From positions 93,930,001 to 93,994,000 of the forward strand of contig NC_042999.1 of assembly GCF_006345805.1 (NCBI RefSeq): a stretch of 64,000 nucleotides of DNA, in the 5' to 3' direction. Within the stretch, counting starts at the first letter, position 1. Each line of letters opens with the position of its first letter. The DNA is from Octopus sinensis (taxonomy: Eukaryota). Below are positions 37,274 through 50,685 of this stretch, one piece after another. The position numbers were made by a program, and so were the translations under genes. The notes beneath the pieces were generated by a model that worked only from the letters and a program-made list of their open reading frames with translations, was not told where the DNA came from and searched no databases.

Positions 37274-37812
37274 TAGTTTTATTTTTATAGCGTGCTTTCA
37301 CTTCACTACCGAGCGCAGCTCTGTGTGCCTTGGGTATGTGCTGTGATTTGTTGTGATGCTCTGATGGTTATTGTATGGAAAGTCTTCTGCGTAGGATGTG
37401 TGCAGTGCCTAGTAGTGCAATTTTCTGTATGTTATATGTGTTTGTAAGTCCAGGTGTTTTTGTTATGTATTTGTCTGCATATTTTTTTATCATGCCTAAT
37501 GCACCTACTATGATAGGAATTGTTTCTGTTTTCAGGTTCCACATTCTAGTTACCTCTATTTCCAGGTCTTTGTATTTTGAGAGTTTCTCCATTTCTTTTA
37601 GAGACACGTTGTCATCTGCCGGTATTGATACATCAATTAGAAAGCATTTTTTTCTTCATGAATATATTCCTTCTTAGCCAGGACTGGGCAGCTAGAGATA
37701 ATATGATTTATTGTTTCTTGTCCATCTCCACATATTCTGCAGTTACTTGTAATATTTCTTTTCATTACATGTTTTTGGTAATCTCTGGTGGGGAGGCTTT
37801 GGTCTTTTGCTG
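37262..37812 (-). mobile_element. R4/Dong-like RLE LINE 3' end (CCHC knuckle, RLE, 3' UTR, (TAA)n tail)
   Basis: CRICGDGQETINHIISSCPVLAKKEY knuckle; KKCFLIDVSIPADDNVSLKEMEKLSKYKDLEIEV...IIVGALG...KIALLGTAHILRR RLE domain; internal deletion between the two; flanked by (TAA)n on both sides. Confidence 0.92.
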
Positions 37813-37816
37813 CATT

Positions 37817-37877
37817 TTATTATTATTAATATTATTATTATTATTATTATTATATTATTATTATTATTATTATTATT

Positions 37878-37921
<44 letters not shown>

Positions 37922-37962
37922 TATTATTATTATTATTATTATCATTATTATTATTATTATTT
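37817..37962. repeat. Compound (TAT)n/(CAT)n microsatellite
   Basis: Directly visible. Confidence 0.95.
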
Positions 37963-39049
37963 TACATTTTGAACTCGAAGTACACAGGCAATCTTTCCCG
38001 ATTCCCAGTGTTTCCCTGAGAACGTCGTCGCTCTTGCCCAATTTTAATCTCCTCTAAAACTCCAACTTGAAACTTTCCCAACCGCATTACCCGACAGACA
38101 GAGGGCAGTGAGTGCTTGTGTATATTCCCTGCGCTAGGCACCTGATCTAGGACTGTTGCTCTGCTAATGAGACGAGCTGGGGAAAATCCTGTCTGAGAAA
38201 TTGGGGGCCACATCTGCTGCAAGGAAGCAGCCAATATCAATTTATTACAAATCACATCGCACTCATGTGTACACGACACATTTGCATACAACAACTAATC
38301 CAATTAGGCAGACACTTAGATGCCCTCTTTATTTAAACAAACTTGCTTTGCCACTTTGTTAATGAGCAGCCATTGACAACTTTTCTTCCGATCTTAATAA
38401 ATCACGTGTAATTCGTAAAGTACACCTCCTGTAATAATATCAGTTATAAACAAACATCGAATACTGAGATCGACAGTGATGTATTACTTATGAGTTCACA
38501 CTATATTTCCAAGGACAGTGCAGTTCCTTATAGCCGATCTATAGATTTGAGTTTGCTCCCATGCATTAGTCGTAAAATGTTTCCCTCAGTAAATTTGATT
38601 CTCGATCTAACTTCGTTAAGTATACTACAAATCGATTTCTATAAAAAGGAACTTAGAAAATTCAATGAATGAAAGTTAAAAGTATAATCCTTATATATTA
38701 ACGAACATATTTAAAATCTAATACAAAAGTCACGAACATCATATATGTATAAAATTAAAATGATCTGAAAATTCAATGCGTGATGTTCTGAACATACTAT
38801 AGAGAAAATACATTCTGCTTAAGCACGAATAATACTGTGGTTGATGCCGTTGTTGTCTAGCCCATGTAAACTCTGATCGATCAAGCAAAATCAACTCAAA
38901 ATTTCCAGCTGTGGCAATCATGTCTTTTATTTTCGATGTGTATATGAGACAACGTTATCTAATTCAAACTCCCAACATTACAAGTGACGGATCTAATCGA
39001 AATGCGATGCAACACATCTTGTGAGACGGCCGAAAATCTATTAACAAAG

Positions 39050-39445
39050 TCACACGTCTTTTTGATGTTTTTCCTGTCCGAGTTCATTTCGTCTATCTGT
39101 CTGGATGTTTTATTCTCGCCTGTTGCTTTCTTGTTCCATTTTTTAAATTTATATATACATATAACGGCGTACGTACACATATATAATACTCTTAGCTTAA
39201 ATTTTTGGGGCCATCCAGATTTGAACAGTCTCAAGTGTAACCGGTCGAAATTGTAAGGATAATCTGGAAACTTGACTGGTGAGAGAAGACCGCAAATGAC
39301 CCATTCTCGTTTTATTCTGTTCGTCAACTTGTTGTTTTTCCTTCCGTCTTCGTATCATGAATGTGTCCGGATGTTTTATTTTCGTCTGTTGCGTTCTTCT
39401 TCCATTTTAATTTATTTATATATACATATAGCAGCGTACGTACAC
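39050..39445 (+). repeat. Two diverged direct copies (~130 bp) of a PLE-terminal-like repeat
   Basis: ...gtc(t/c)ggatgttttatt.tcg.ctgttgc.ttctt.ttccatttt...tatatacatata.c.gcgtacgtacac at ~39050-39180 and ~39310-39445; similar ctgtctggatgttttg motif at 53780-53870. Confidence 0.65.
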
Positions 39446-39639
39446 TTTTGCTCACCTTACATGTGTGTATGTGTGTATGTGTGCATGTTAGTGTGTGTGT
39501 GTGCATATTTATATATATATAAGTCGGTCAGTTATCCATAAGAATGACAAGCGCAAGCTAAAAGGAATTTTTTGAGCAGTTACATTTTATATAGTTAAGT
39601 CGTATGTTGTTGCTTATGACAGTGCAGAAATGTACCATT

Positions 39640-39975
39640 GGTTTCACGTCTACTACTGCACATAACAATATAGGCAACATGACAGACCTGATGGCTAGAA
39701 GAACATATATTCTTTACTAATGGAGGTAAAAATACAATCTTGGTCAAGTGGTCCTGAAAAATGGCGTAGCTGACATGGTGGAATCCTTTGCTAAGAGTAG
39801 TGCATTTATTACAATCAGAGATCATAACTGAACTTTGCCTGGATCCCAAGTGCCTACTGGTTAAACCTGTGAAATCGGAAGTCGGGATGGTGAGCAAATA
39901 TATATTTAGAAACCAGGGAAACCAAAGTAGAAGAAGTCTGAACCCGGAACCATGTGGTGGGGATGCAAACGTAGT
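39640..39975 (+). mobile_element. Penelope-like RT N-terminal fragment
   Basis: AFITIRDHN / DPKCLLVKPVKSEVGMVSKYIFRN (frameshifted) matches the PLE motif AFITLKDHK..F.NNPKCRLINPAKSE.G.VSK. Confidence 0.75.
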
Positions 39976-40848
39976 ACACAACTGCACTGTATATCTCACA
40001 ATGCATACTCTATATAAGACAGCAATGAGATACTGAATATCTGAAATTGTGTGTTTGCATTTTGAAGAATATACATTTCAAGATAGCAATTCTTGCATTA
40101 TGAATTTGATTAAAGTTTTATAAAATAGGTGTTACGTAAATCATTTTGTTATAATATTTCTGTTATAAAAATCTGACGTAGTTCCAATATCAAGGACATA
40201 TTGTTCTTTCTTTACATTTTTTTTTGTTTTTGCTGTACTGTATGGAATATAACTCAAGTTTAAAGATATAGCTGTAATCATTTCTCTTTATTGCTGAACA
40301 CACTTCAAACGACTCGAAAGACGGTGCAAAATAATAACAGCATCTAAATGTTTATATCTAATTTATTAATCCATGATGAATTGATTTATTCCATTGAGAT
40401 CGAAACATCAAAACGGAATGTATAGCGAATTGTTAACATCACTCAGCATTTATATTCAACATGCAGTTTAGGGAGAAACAATCTGTGTTTTAGTGATCAA
40501 ATGCTAAAGAAGCAGATAATGGAGGAGTAAGTTAAAATTTAAAGAAATACATTTAATTTTGAAATAACGTATAATACATAAATTATAAAGATATTTAAAG
40601 ATTAACAGTAGTATTTGTTTGTAGGATATGCATTTTAGTAGCTCAAATAACTTTCAACGACGGACCAGATCAGCATTCTTTGTGGTTTATTCCAAATGCT
40701 TCATATGAATCTCATACAATTTATTGCACTAAGCGTACGTTTGTAATGTTAAGCGGTGAATCTCAAGATGGAGCTCATGAAAAACTACAGTGATTAAATG
40801 GAAAAAAGCAACGATGCTCAAAGTTTTTTGTCAAGCAATTATGTATTT

Positions 40849-40963
<115 letters not shown>

Positions 40964-43153
40964 TTATAAGCATGCATATCATTACGTAAGCGCAAAATAT
41001 ATACGTTTATAATCTTGAATATATGGACACAAACATACGTATCCACTTGTAATACTAACACCAGCAAGAATACGCTAAATAAATATAGAAGTGATTAAAC
41101 TCTTCCATAACAGATATCTACTGATACACAAACAGTAGAAGAAAAATGTAACGTAACTCCGTTTCATACACTTTACCATAGGAATATGAAAACAAACAGC
41201 GCTAAAACTTTCTTTGATATACTAATGAAAAAATTACCAACTTAATGTAAACACCATAGTAACTTAAACTGATATATAGTGAAATTCTTGTTCTCCAGGA
41301 GATCTAACTTAGCTGATAACATTGACTACTCTAATCTAACAAAAATTAAAGAATTCATGGAATGTAGAATTGTTGCTGGCAGAATAAAAAGACATAGTTT
41401 ACTATATAAAAGGAATCTACCTGTGTTTTAAAATCCTGCTACTGAGTCTTTGACAAATGATCTAAGGAATAAAGATAGGAAACTGAGGTAAAGTCCTTTA
41501 CTACACAGTCTAATAGTAAAGGTATTAAATAGACAAGTTCTAATTTCAGACATGTTAACGCTAAGTATTCTAAATATACATGCTATGCATTTGAAGAATG
41601 AAATCGGAACTTTACATGGCCCAGGATTTCCCATTTTGTATAGGAAAAGCCATGATGAGAATAAGAATAGCATTAAATCTGAACGTAATGATACTAATAC
41701 TAAAATCAACATGGCTGGAAACAATTTAAATAGTTTATCAAGCCAACTAATACTTCAATGAGCTAACACGTTTCCTGTAACTGTTAAGCAGATATATTTA
41801 ATATCCGTTTGAAAGTGGTTGCCTTATGAGTGTTGTAATCTACAAAGATAATACCATTATTTCAACTAGTATTGAATATTATATTGGTTCTCCATCGAAG
41901 CTCTTAAATGCTGTTGTAATATGCATAATCACGCACACGATATCAGAATATATAACAAGTTTGAAGTCTAGAATTACCAATATCAAACCAGAATGGAATG
42001 TTATAGGCATGGCTAGAGTCTAAAAAATCTGTTTTTCACTATTGAAGGACTTAAGATACTTCTATCAATCAGATAATTTATTGGACGATTGACTGTATAA
42101 TCTTATGCAAGCCTAGAATTTCCAGACGTGTTGATGCCAATAAAACATGTGCTAAATAAAACTTATGACAATGCATCAGTTACAAATGCATAATCATATT
42201 TCAAAAATTGTGAAAACGTGATTCAATGGAAATGGTTGTTAATGTTATGCTTGTTTTAACTTCGGACCTTTATGTTTGTAGTGCATAATATTCTCATTCG
42301 TACAAATTTGTATGGACATGGATATAAATACTTCCAAGGACCTTGTTTGTTAAAGTCCTTTCGTCGCTATTCACGATTTCCTTAACATATATCTATAAAG
42401 TATAAGAAAGTATCTATATACATGCACGCACACACATATACACACGTACATACACGCACACAATTACATACAAACGTGCATACACACAAGTACACAGGTG
42501 CATAGGCGCACAAACACACACGTGCATAAGCACACGCACACACACAGAGGAACGCACTTACACCTCCGCACACACAATCCCAACTTTTATGCCGACACAT
42601 ACACATATATACACGCACATTCACATACACACACGCGCGCACACTCACACACGCACATTGTACACAAACACACATACATACACGCACGCACACACACTAC
42701 ACAAAAAGTGCACTCACAACATAGAACACATACACTCCCTTCATAGTGTCAGTCAAACCCCTTTCTACTGACCATCCCATCTACGCACTTGCGAAGAAAC
42801 ACAGAACTACACGAAAGACTACCACTTCTATTACTATAGCTGCTGAATTATTCCTACAATACTAAGAGACGCAAAGTTCACTCACACATACACATATAAA
42901 CAGTTCATACCACACACACATACACTGTTACCGCCACATCTGGTCATTTCAAAATGTAAGTACATGTGGGTATTGGCCATTTGTTCTTGTCTTCTTTTTC
43001 TCTTGAACTTCCCTCTGTCTCCTGTTCTTGAAGAGCTTTGCTCGTAACGTAAAAATAACTTTCTTTCCTTCCTTGATTATCTGTTAATACTTTGCATGTA
43101 CGACGTACCTGTGTTGTTGCTTTTTTTTCGTTTTTTTTTTTAAATTAATTAAC

Positions 43154-43547
43154 TAGTATTATCACCCGGCGTTTCTCGGGTTTGTAAGGGAAATAACTAT
43201 ATAAGCATTTTTAGAGATGTAAATTATAATAGCTATCTCAATATGGCTAACCACAAAGGGGGCGGTGTTACTGTAGCTTTTTACGTTCTGAGATTTAATA
43301 ATACATTTTTAGAGAGTTACTTCCCTTATATATGCCAAAAATGCATTAAAAATGGGGAAAATTTATGGTAATTTTTTTTAAATCGTAGACTCCTCGTAGA
43401 CGCGCGCTAATACCCAGAAGGGCTCGATATGAATCACGACTATAAGATACCCGGTTTTGGTTAAACTGCACGCAAAATGTGGGAGTAGTTAGGAATCTAA
43501 ATCGTAGGAGACAGACAGCACACAAACTCACTTTTATATATAAAGAT
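43154..43547 (+). mobile_element. Second HINE/DINE-1-like element
   Basis: Starts (ac)tagtattatcacccggcgtttctcgggtttgtaagggaaataa.tata.aagcatttttaga, shared with 35685; ends gacagacag...ttttatatataaagat; internal region differs. Confidence 0.75.
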
Positions 43548-43560
43548 ATACATATATATA

Positions 43561-43616
<56 letters not shown>

Positions 43617-43629
43617 CATATATATATAA

Positions 43630-43681
43630 TGCTAATAATGATGATGATGATGATGATGATGATAATGATAATAACAACAAC

Positions 43682-43721
<40 letters not shown>

Positions 43722-43769
43722 GAAATAATAATAATAATAATAATCATAATAATAATAATAATAATAATA

Positions 43770-43821
<52 letters not shown>

Positions 43822-43822
43822 T
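43630..43822. repeat. Compound (GAT)n/(AAT)n microsatellite
   Basis: Directly visible. Confidence 0.95.
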
Positions 43823-44129
43823 AAGAGCAAAAGAATGAGGCCTCGATATTACAGAAATAGAGGATTAATTATAAATGTTATAATGTAGAACAAACACTAA
43901 AAGGTTGTCGTTATAGTACTCGGATTTTCTCAACTTCGGAGCGAAGAACTTCGATACATTTCTTGTCGGTTATTAATGGAAACAGACGCTATGAAAAACC
44001 GTTACATAATAGGCAAACAACTCTAATAGATGAAAAAGGAAATAACGAAAAGAGATAACGAATACACGCAACCATATTTTTCACAATATATAGACATAAA
44101 CCTCTTGCATTCACAGTTACAGAAACATG

Positions 44130-44284
44130 CATACGTACATGTACACTCCCACAAACGTTCCACCCACTCCACCACAGTGTTTAAGAATTTAGTTAAGAAT
44201 ATTAGTAGAAGAATTTATGGCCTCTCTACCAATATAAAGATATTTAATAAAGCTACTCCACTATATCACAAGCTACCCAACTCA

Positions 44285-44290
<6 letters not shown>
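44130..44290 (+). mobile_element. Penelope-like RT thumb fragment
   Basis: YVHVHSHKRSTHSTTVFKNLVKNISRRIYGLSTNIKIFNKATPLYHKL resembles PLE Y.H..SNHP....KNLPKNISRR...LS.N...F.KA.P.Y. Confidence 0.65.
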
Positions 44291-45274
<984 letters not shown>

Positions 45275-45316
45275 ATATATATATTATATATTATATATTA
45301 TATATTCTAGCAAAAA

Positions 45317-45354
45317 CTGCCTGATGAACGGCAACGAGAAACTCAGAGTAACAG
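45317..45354 (+). ncRNA. Degenerate minimal type I hammerhead-like motif
   Basis: CUGC-CUGAUGA-A-CG-GCAA-CG-A-GAAAC-UCAGA-GUA^-ACAG: intact core, 2-bp stem II with GNRA loop, one mismatch in stem I. Confidence 0.55.
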
Positions 45355-45458
45355 ATTTTGTTGAATTTTCTGCTGCTTAAAATAAAGCATATTACTCTAC
45401 CACTGGTATTCGAGTACTCTTTTTTCCACCTTGTTTCACATTTATGTGTTTACTCCGG

Positions 45459-45565
<107 letters not shown>

Positions 45566-47235
45566 ATATATATATATACATATATATATGTATGTACATA
45601 TATATAATATACGCAAGCCTGTATAGATATGTGTATTGTATATACATGATCCCAGTTCAAAAGCATGCACATTGATGCTAATTACCTGCTAAATCCTAAA
45701 TATAGGCAATACAACATACGATGTTCGACTATTCTTCAAGTGTCTATGAAATCCGATATCTAGCATTCTTTCCAATGCCTAAAGAACCGTCTAATAGAGA
45801 CCAGATTACTTGCTCTCTTCTCACCTATGATAACGACAAATTTTGTCCCATTTATACCTCAGCATCTAAGTAAATTCTTTGACTTATTTTGGCGCAGTAG
45901 TTAAGAAATATTTAAACCATACACGGTGCGCTGTTCATGATTAGTTTTAAATGTCCTTTAAATATATTTCTCACGATCTGCTAATTTCTTTACAAGGCTT
46001 TTCTTCTATAACGGATTTTATAGTTCATGATATTGGATTACGATAACGCTTAAAAAGTGTAAGTTAACGGTTTTATATATATTTGTTTTTTATCTTTCTC
46101 CCAGTTTCTCTTTATTTCTGTCTCTGTATATATGTAACATAATATCTATATATAGATGTGAGTGTGCGGGTGTGTTTGTGTGTGTATGCAATTATTTATA
46201 AATGCATATATGTCTGCAATTTCCTGTATATTTGTATATCTGCTCATGTTGTATCGGATCACAAAGTATTTGGACAGAGGTTTCTTTCGTAATGTTTCAA
46301 ACCTCATAACTTCAACATTGTAACTTTCCAGGGTCCGAGATCCCATCATAAATCAGTTGATTTTAGCATTATATATGATGACTTATATGTAGCAGTAAAA
46401 TTATTCCAAAGATAGACTCTGATTCATGCATTGCGAAAATATGATCATGTTTAGCCATTAGAATTTACATAACACATCGTGAAAATATCATCAGAGCCCT
46501 TATGTTAAATGCTATGTCCTCTTTCAAACGCCAAAATAATGCCTAGTCCCAACATCAATAATATGAAAGACCAATAGAAATCCTTAAATACAATGAAGGT
46601 TATTATTAACAACAATCTACAGGTTTCATGGAGAGTCGTTACTAAATAGTACTTAAATCCACTTTAGTACAAGAAATACAAAGATAAATAAATGAATACA
46701 CTAACTTTTAGGCAATAATATTTATCACAAATATTGGCAAACATTATCTCATAACATTTTAAGTACAATAAAATATACCAAAATGATGTTTTTCCTGTTT
46801 TTGTAATTGCTTGCGACATGTTTATCTCGCCTGAAGTTTTAGTTTTATAGTTGTCAATGAGCACTGTTCCATATAATATGCTGAATTAGCTTATGTTTAT
46901 AGAGTAAAACTACACACAGAGACGTAGACAGAAACTAGTACAACCGCTAATATCTATAAACTATATTACCAATATTAAAATGGATTTCTTTTAAGTACAT
47001 AAATATGAAGTGGCTACCATCTAAGAGGCATTATAACCACTCCCAATAACTGTACTCCTCTAATAAAAACGGTTCTTAACGAAGCCTACTTAACATATGT
47101 CATTTAAGTTTGACAGAATTATTTTGTGCATTTCTATACCTATGGAAAAACAACATTCTTTTATAATGCAGACACCATATTAACAGTTTGTTTCAGATAT
47201 ACTTTACTTTGAATTTTTCCCATTATATGCCTTAC

Positions 47236-47331
47236 CTGCATCTCTTCATATATACATTCGCATTCTGAGATTGCGAAACCGCAAGTAATGCAAACCCCCA
47301 CCAAAATATTCAAATACTCGCGTGTTCGTAT
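47236..47331 (-). CDS. Candidate phase-0 exon (IRTREYLNILVGVCITCGFAISECECIYEEMQ), unverified
   Basis: 96 nt between ctacAG and a strong CAG|GTAAGG donor; open frame with a signal-peptide- or TM-like hydrophobic stretch. Confidence 0.25.
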
Positions 47332-48614
47332 CTGTAGTTTACGTATGCGTACATGTATATGTTTGTGTATTTACTGGGTAGCTGATTACGCCGATGATGG
47401 CATGTTATCGCAATACGTCAGGTTAAATTTTCTAGTTAATTTACTTCTATAAGCTAACAATACAATCTCATCGCCTTATATTATGACCGCAAAAGTAACC
47501 TTACTTATGCGTCACTACTTCCGTGAGAAGGAGACATTTCCTTTTGAAATATACCATCTAAATCGAGTGAAATAATCTACTATATTTCTATTATGTTTCC
47601 ACGTGTAAGCATGTATATAATTTAAATTATAAAACACAAAATTCTCCACTAAATATGAACTGACATATTGCTATGAAATAAAGTACTATGGGCAGTTGGG
47701 TAAGCAGTTCTCTGTGAGCTGTTGGCAGAGAGCTTTTAACCTCGTGTAACATAATCGTATTGTGGGATATAAAACCCTTCATAAAACAGATTTTTACTGT
47801 TCGCTTTCATTTTTAAGTACGCCTCACATGAATGAAGTGCTGTTAACGACGTAAAAACTGGTGGAATATATTCATAGTTGTCTCCTCTTGAAATAGTAGT
47901 TATCAGATTTTCTAAATACGAATAAAAATTTATTTCCCCCGAACTTGCTTTCCTAAGTGTTTTGATATTTTCAATTTTTAGCAGTCATTGACGATGGCAT
48001 CTGTGTTTTAATAAGTTATCCATATAGCAGACGAATTTCAGTTCATTGAAACTTTCTTATCACTCGCTTTTTTTTTCTGGGGGATTATATTTTTCGGTAC
48101 TTTAATAATTGTAATTTATACCATTAAGCTTTTGTACTAAGTATCTCATCCCATTGTGTGTTGTTTTCCAATTGAATAATTTTATTAATTCCCTTCTATA
48201 TGCAAAAATCTATAACCACTTACGGATATAGATTTGATGCAGATTACTGAGGAGTCTATGTTTTGCTGTTGACTAAACTATCTGAATGTAATAGGCGTCT
48301 CTTAACTTGTATGTTCACAAATATTAGATGTTGCTCATTTCATTTTCTTGAAGTTAGCGTCTCCCTTCTTTCAACGCTTCTAACAATTTTAGCGATGTTA
48401 CACTTAACTCCGCCTACAAAGAATCACAAATATATACATTGTCGCAAGTAGGTACATGTTAACACACAGACGATTCGATCAGAATCTACTCCATTCCTTA
48501 ACTCTTATATTCTTCTCCGCATGCTCGGCAACCCTGGGAGTTGTTTCTTTCATATTTACAACGGATTGTTTGAAGCTAACTTTCTTTCTTCCAACACCGA
48601 GATCCTTGGATGTA

Positions 48615-48669
<55 letters not shown>

Positions 48670-48679
48670 CATATGTATA

Positions 48680-48846
48680 TGCAGGTGTGGATGTGTGGTA
48701 AGAAACTTGCTTCTCAACCTAGGCGTTCCGGATTCAGTTCCACTGCGTGGTACCTTTGACATGTGTCTTCTGCTATAGACTCAGGCCAACCAAAGCCTTG
48801 TTGGTGGCTTTGGGAGGCAGAAACTGAAAGAAGCCTGTCGTGTATG

Positions 48847-48883
<37 letters not shown>

Positions 48884-49145
48884 ACCGACATACATACATA
48901 TACATATGTACGTGTGTGTGTGTTAGCGAAAGAGAAAGAGAAAGATTGAGAAAGAGAGTGTGTGTGTGTCTTTGTATCGGTGTTTGTCTACGCCACCACC
49001 ACAACCACTACTACTAGACTAAGTACTATGCTTAAGAAATAAATTCTACCATCGATTTGGTCAATTTAAAAATAAAGAACTGCAAAGTCGTGCTCCAGTA
49101 TGGCCGCACACAAATGACTGTAACAGGTAATAGAATAAAAGGATA
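48680..49145 (+). mobile_element. SINE interrupted by TA/TG microsatellites
   Basis: gtgtggtaagaaacttgcttctcaacc...ttcagttccactgcgtggtacc...ggccaaccaaagccttg head and tail gtcgtgctccagtatggccgca..aatgactg. Confidence 0.78.
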
Positions 49146-49236
49146 AAAGAACATATAGTTTGTCTTTCCGTTAAGGTAAGATCGTGTGCCTAGAGTAGAA
49201 AAGCATATGAGGTACTTATACTTTCTTTCGTTGCAG

Positions 49237-49315
49237 ATTTTTCTAGAAAGGTTTAAAAAACACGTTGGTGTCCTGACACAACAGCTATATCATCGCTACT
49301 ATGATTCTTCACCAA
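49237..49315 (+). CDS. Candidate exon (IFLERFKKHVGVLTQQLYHRYYDSSP), unverified
   Basis: Strong acceptor ctttctttcgttgcAG, open frame, donor A|GTAACT. Confidence 0.18.
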
Positions 49316-49598
49316 GTAACTTTGTAGTTTTGTGGTTGAAAGGGAGATAACCCTAATTCTCTTTCTATATTTCCTTTCATTTTGCGTTTTCTTCACCCTT
49401 CCATTTTTTCTATCCCCCCCCCGCCTCTCGTTTTGTCTGGTGACTTTTCTTGTTCTATTCTCCTGATTTGTGACTTGTATGAGCCATATGCTAGCGATTG
49501 CTTGAAAACACTAAGTGTGTTATTAAAAAGCTTTCTAGACCAAATCTCTAATGTATGACACTATCAATAGCGCATAACGATATACAGTTTACATTAGA

Positions 49599-49630
<32 letters not shown>

Positions 49631-50232
49631 TGTGATGTGATAGTAGTCTCGCGAATTTCTAAAAAAGACACTTCCGCGTTCTTATTTGTTTTTAGTGAAC
49701 AACCTGCACATATGATTTGTTTGTATTGCGGTGAATTAGCCTGCTTCTCATAAACAAATCGACGTTTCCTGAACAAGGGCACGATGTATCACACGTCCGT
49801 TGGGAAAGTAATCGCAGAGCAACGTGAGATGAATTGTTTTGCTCAAGATCATAACTCACTAGCAGATCTACGAATTGAAAGCAAAATCTGGTGATCGTGA
49901 GTGAATCACCTGCTCACTAGGCCAAGCACCCTCACATATATACACACACATGCACGCATACACACACACGCACATGTATGCATGCATTTTTGTATTTATG
50001 TATGTGTATTCATGCATTAAATAAATAGCATGACAAGGGAAGAGTCACACCTGTTCATTTGCCGTTGCATTAATTTCACAGAAAGTTCTCCAATCTCTTA
50101 ACCCTTAATTCTGAAGTATACGTATATTGAGTTCTAACAACTGATTATTAGTATCGCTGTATCTAAGTCAAGCATAATGTATATCTATACGTACGATATA
50201 TTTGTTTGTAGGTAGATTTGATAGTGATATAT

Positions 50233-50278
<46 letters not shown>

Positions 50279-50479
50279 GTACATTTGTATGTGTGTGTGA
50301 GTGCGTGTGTAGGTTCCAAATGATGTAAACACAATTTAAGTACTGATATCTTAATTTTCATTTCTTTTGGGATTTATCTCATTAGAAAAAATAATGGGAA
50401 CAAGACTACTAGCTTAATAATGTAAATTGCGGTTTTTGTTTTTTTTTTTTAAATTCCTTCTTGAAGTTTGAAAACGCAC

Positions 50480-50685
50480 TCGAATTTCAAAGTGAGATTG
50501 GGAGGGAGTTTCACCAGATCGACCTATGCAACTTACCCCCACTCGAGTAAGAGATAAATTTGAAGCAGGTGGAAATATGAAAGGTAAAGTAGACCGCGGT
50601 GGAATTTGAAATAGGAAAGTAAAGTCGGAGGAAATGCTGCTAAGCATTTAGTCCGGAGCGCTAAAATTCTACTATCTCATTGCCT
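50480..50685 (-). mobile_element. SINE (aaggcggcgagctggcaga family)
   Basis: aaaggtaaagtagaccgcggtggaatttgaa...gaaatgctgctaagcatttagtccggagcgctaa mirrors the family consensus seen at 27945-28171. Confidence 0.75.
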
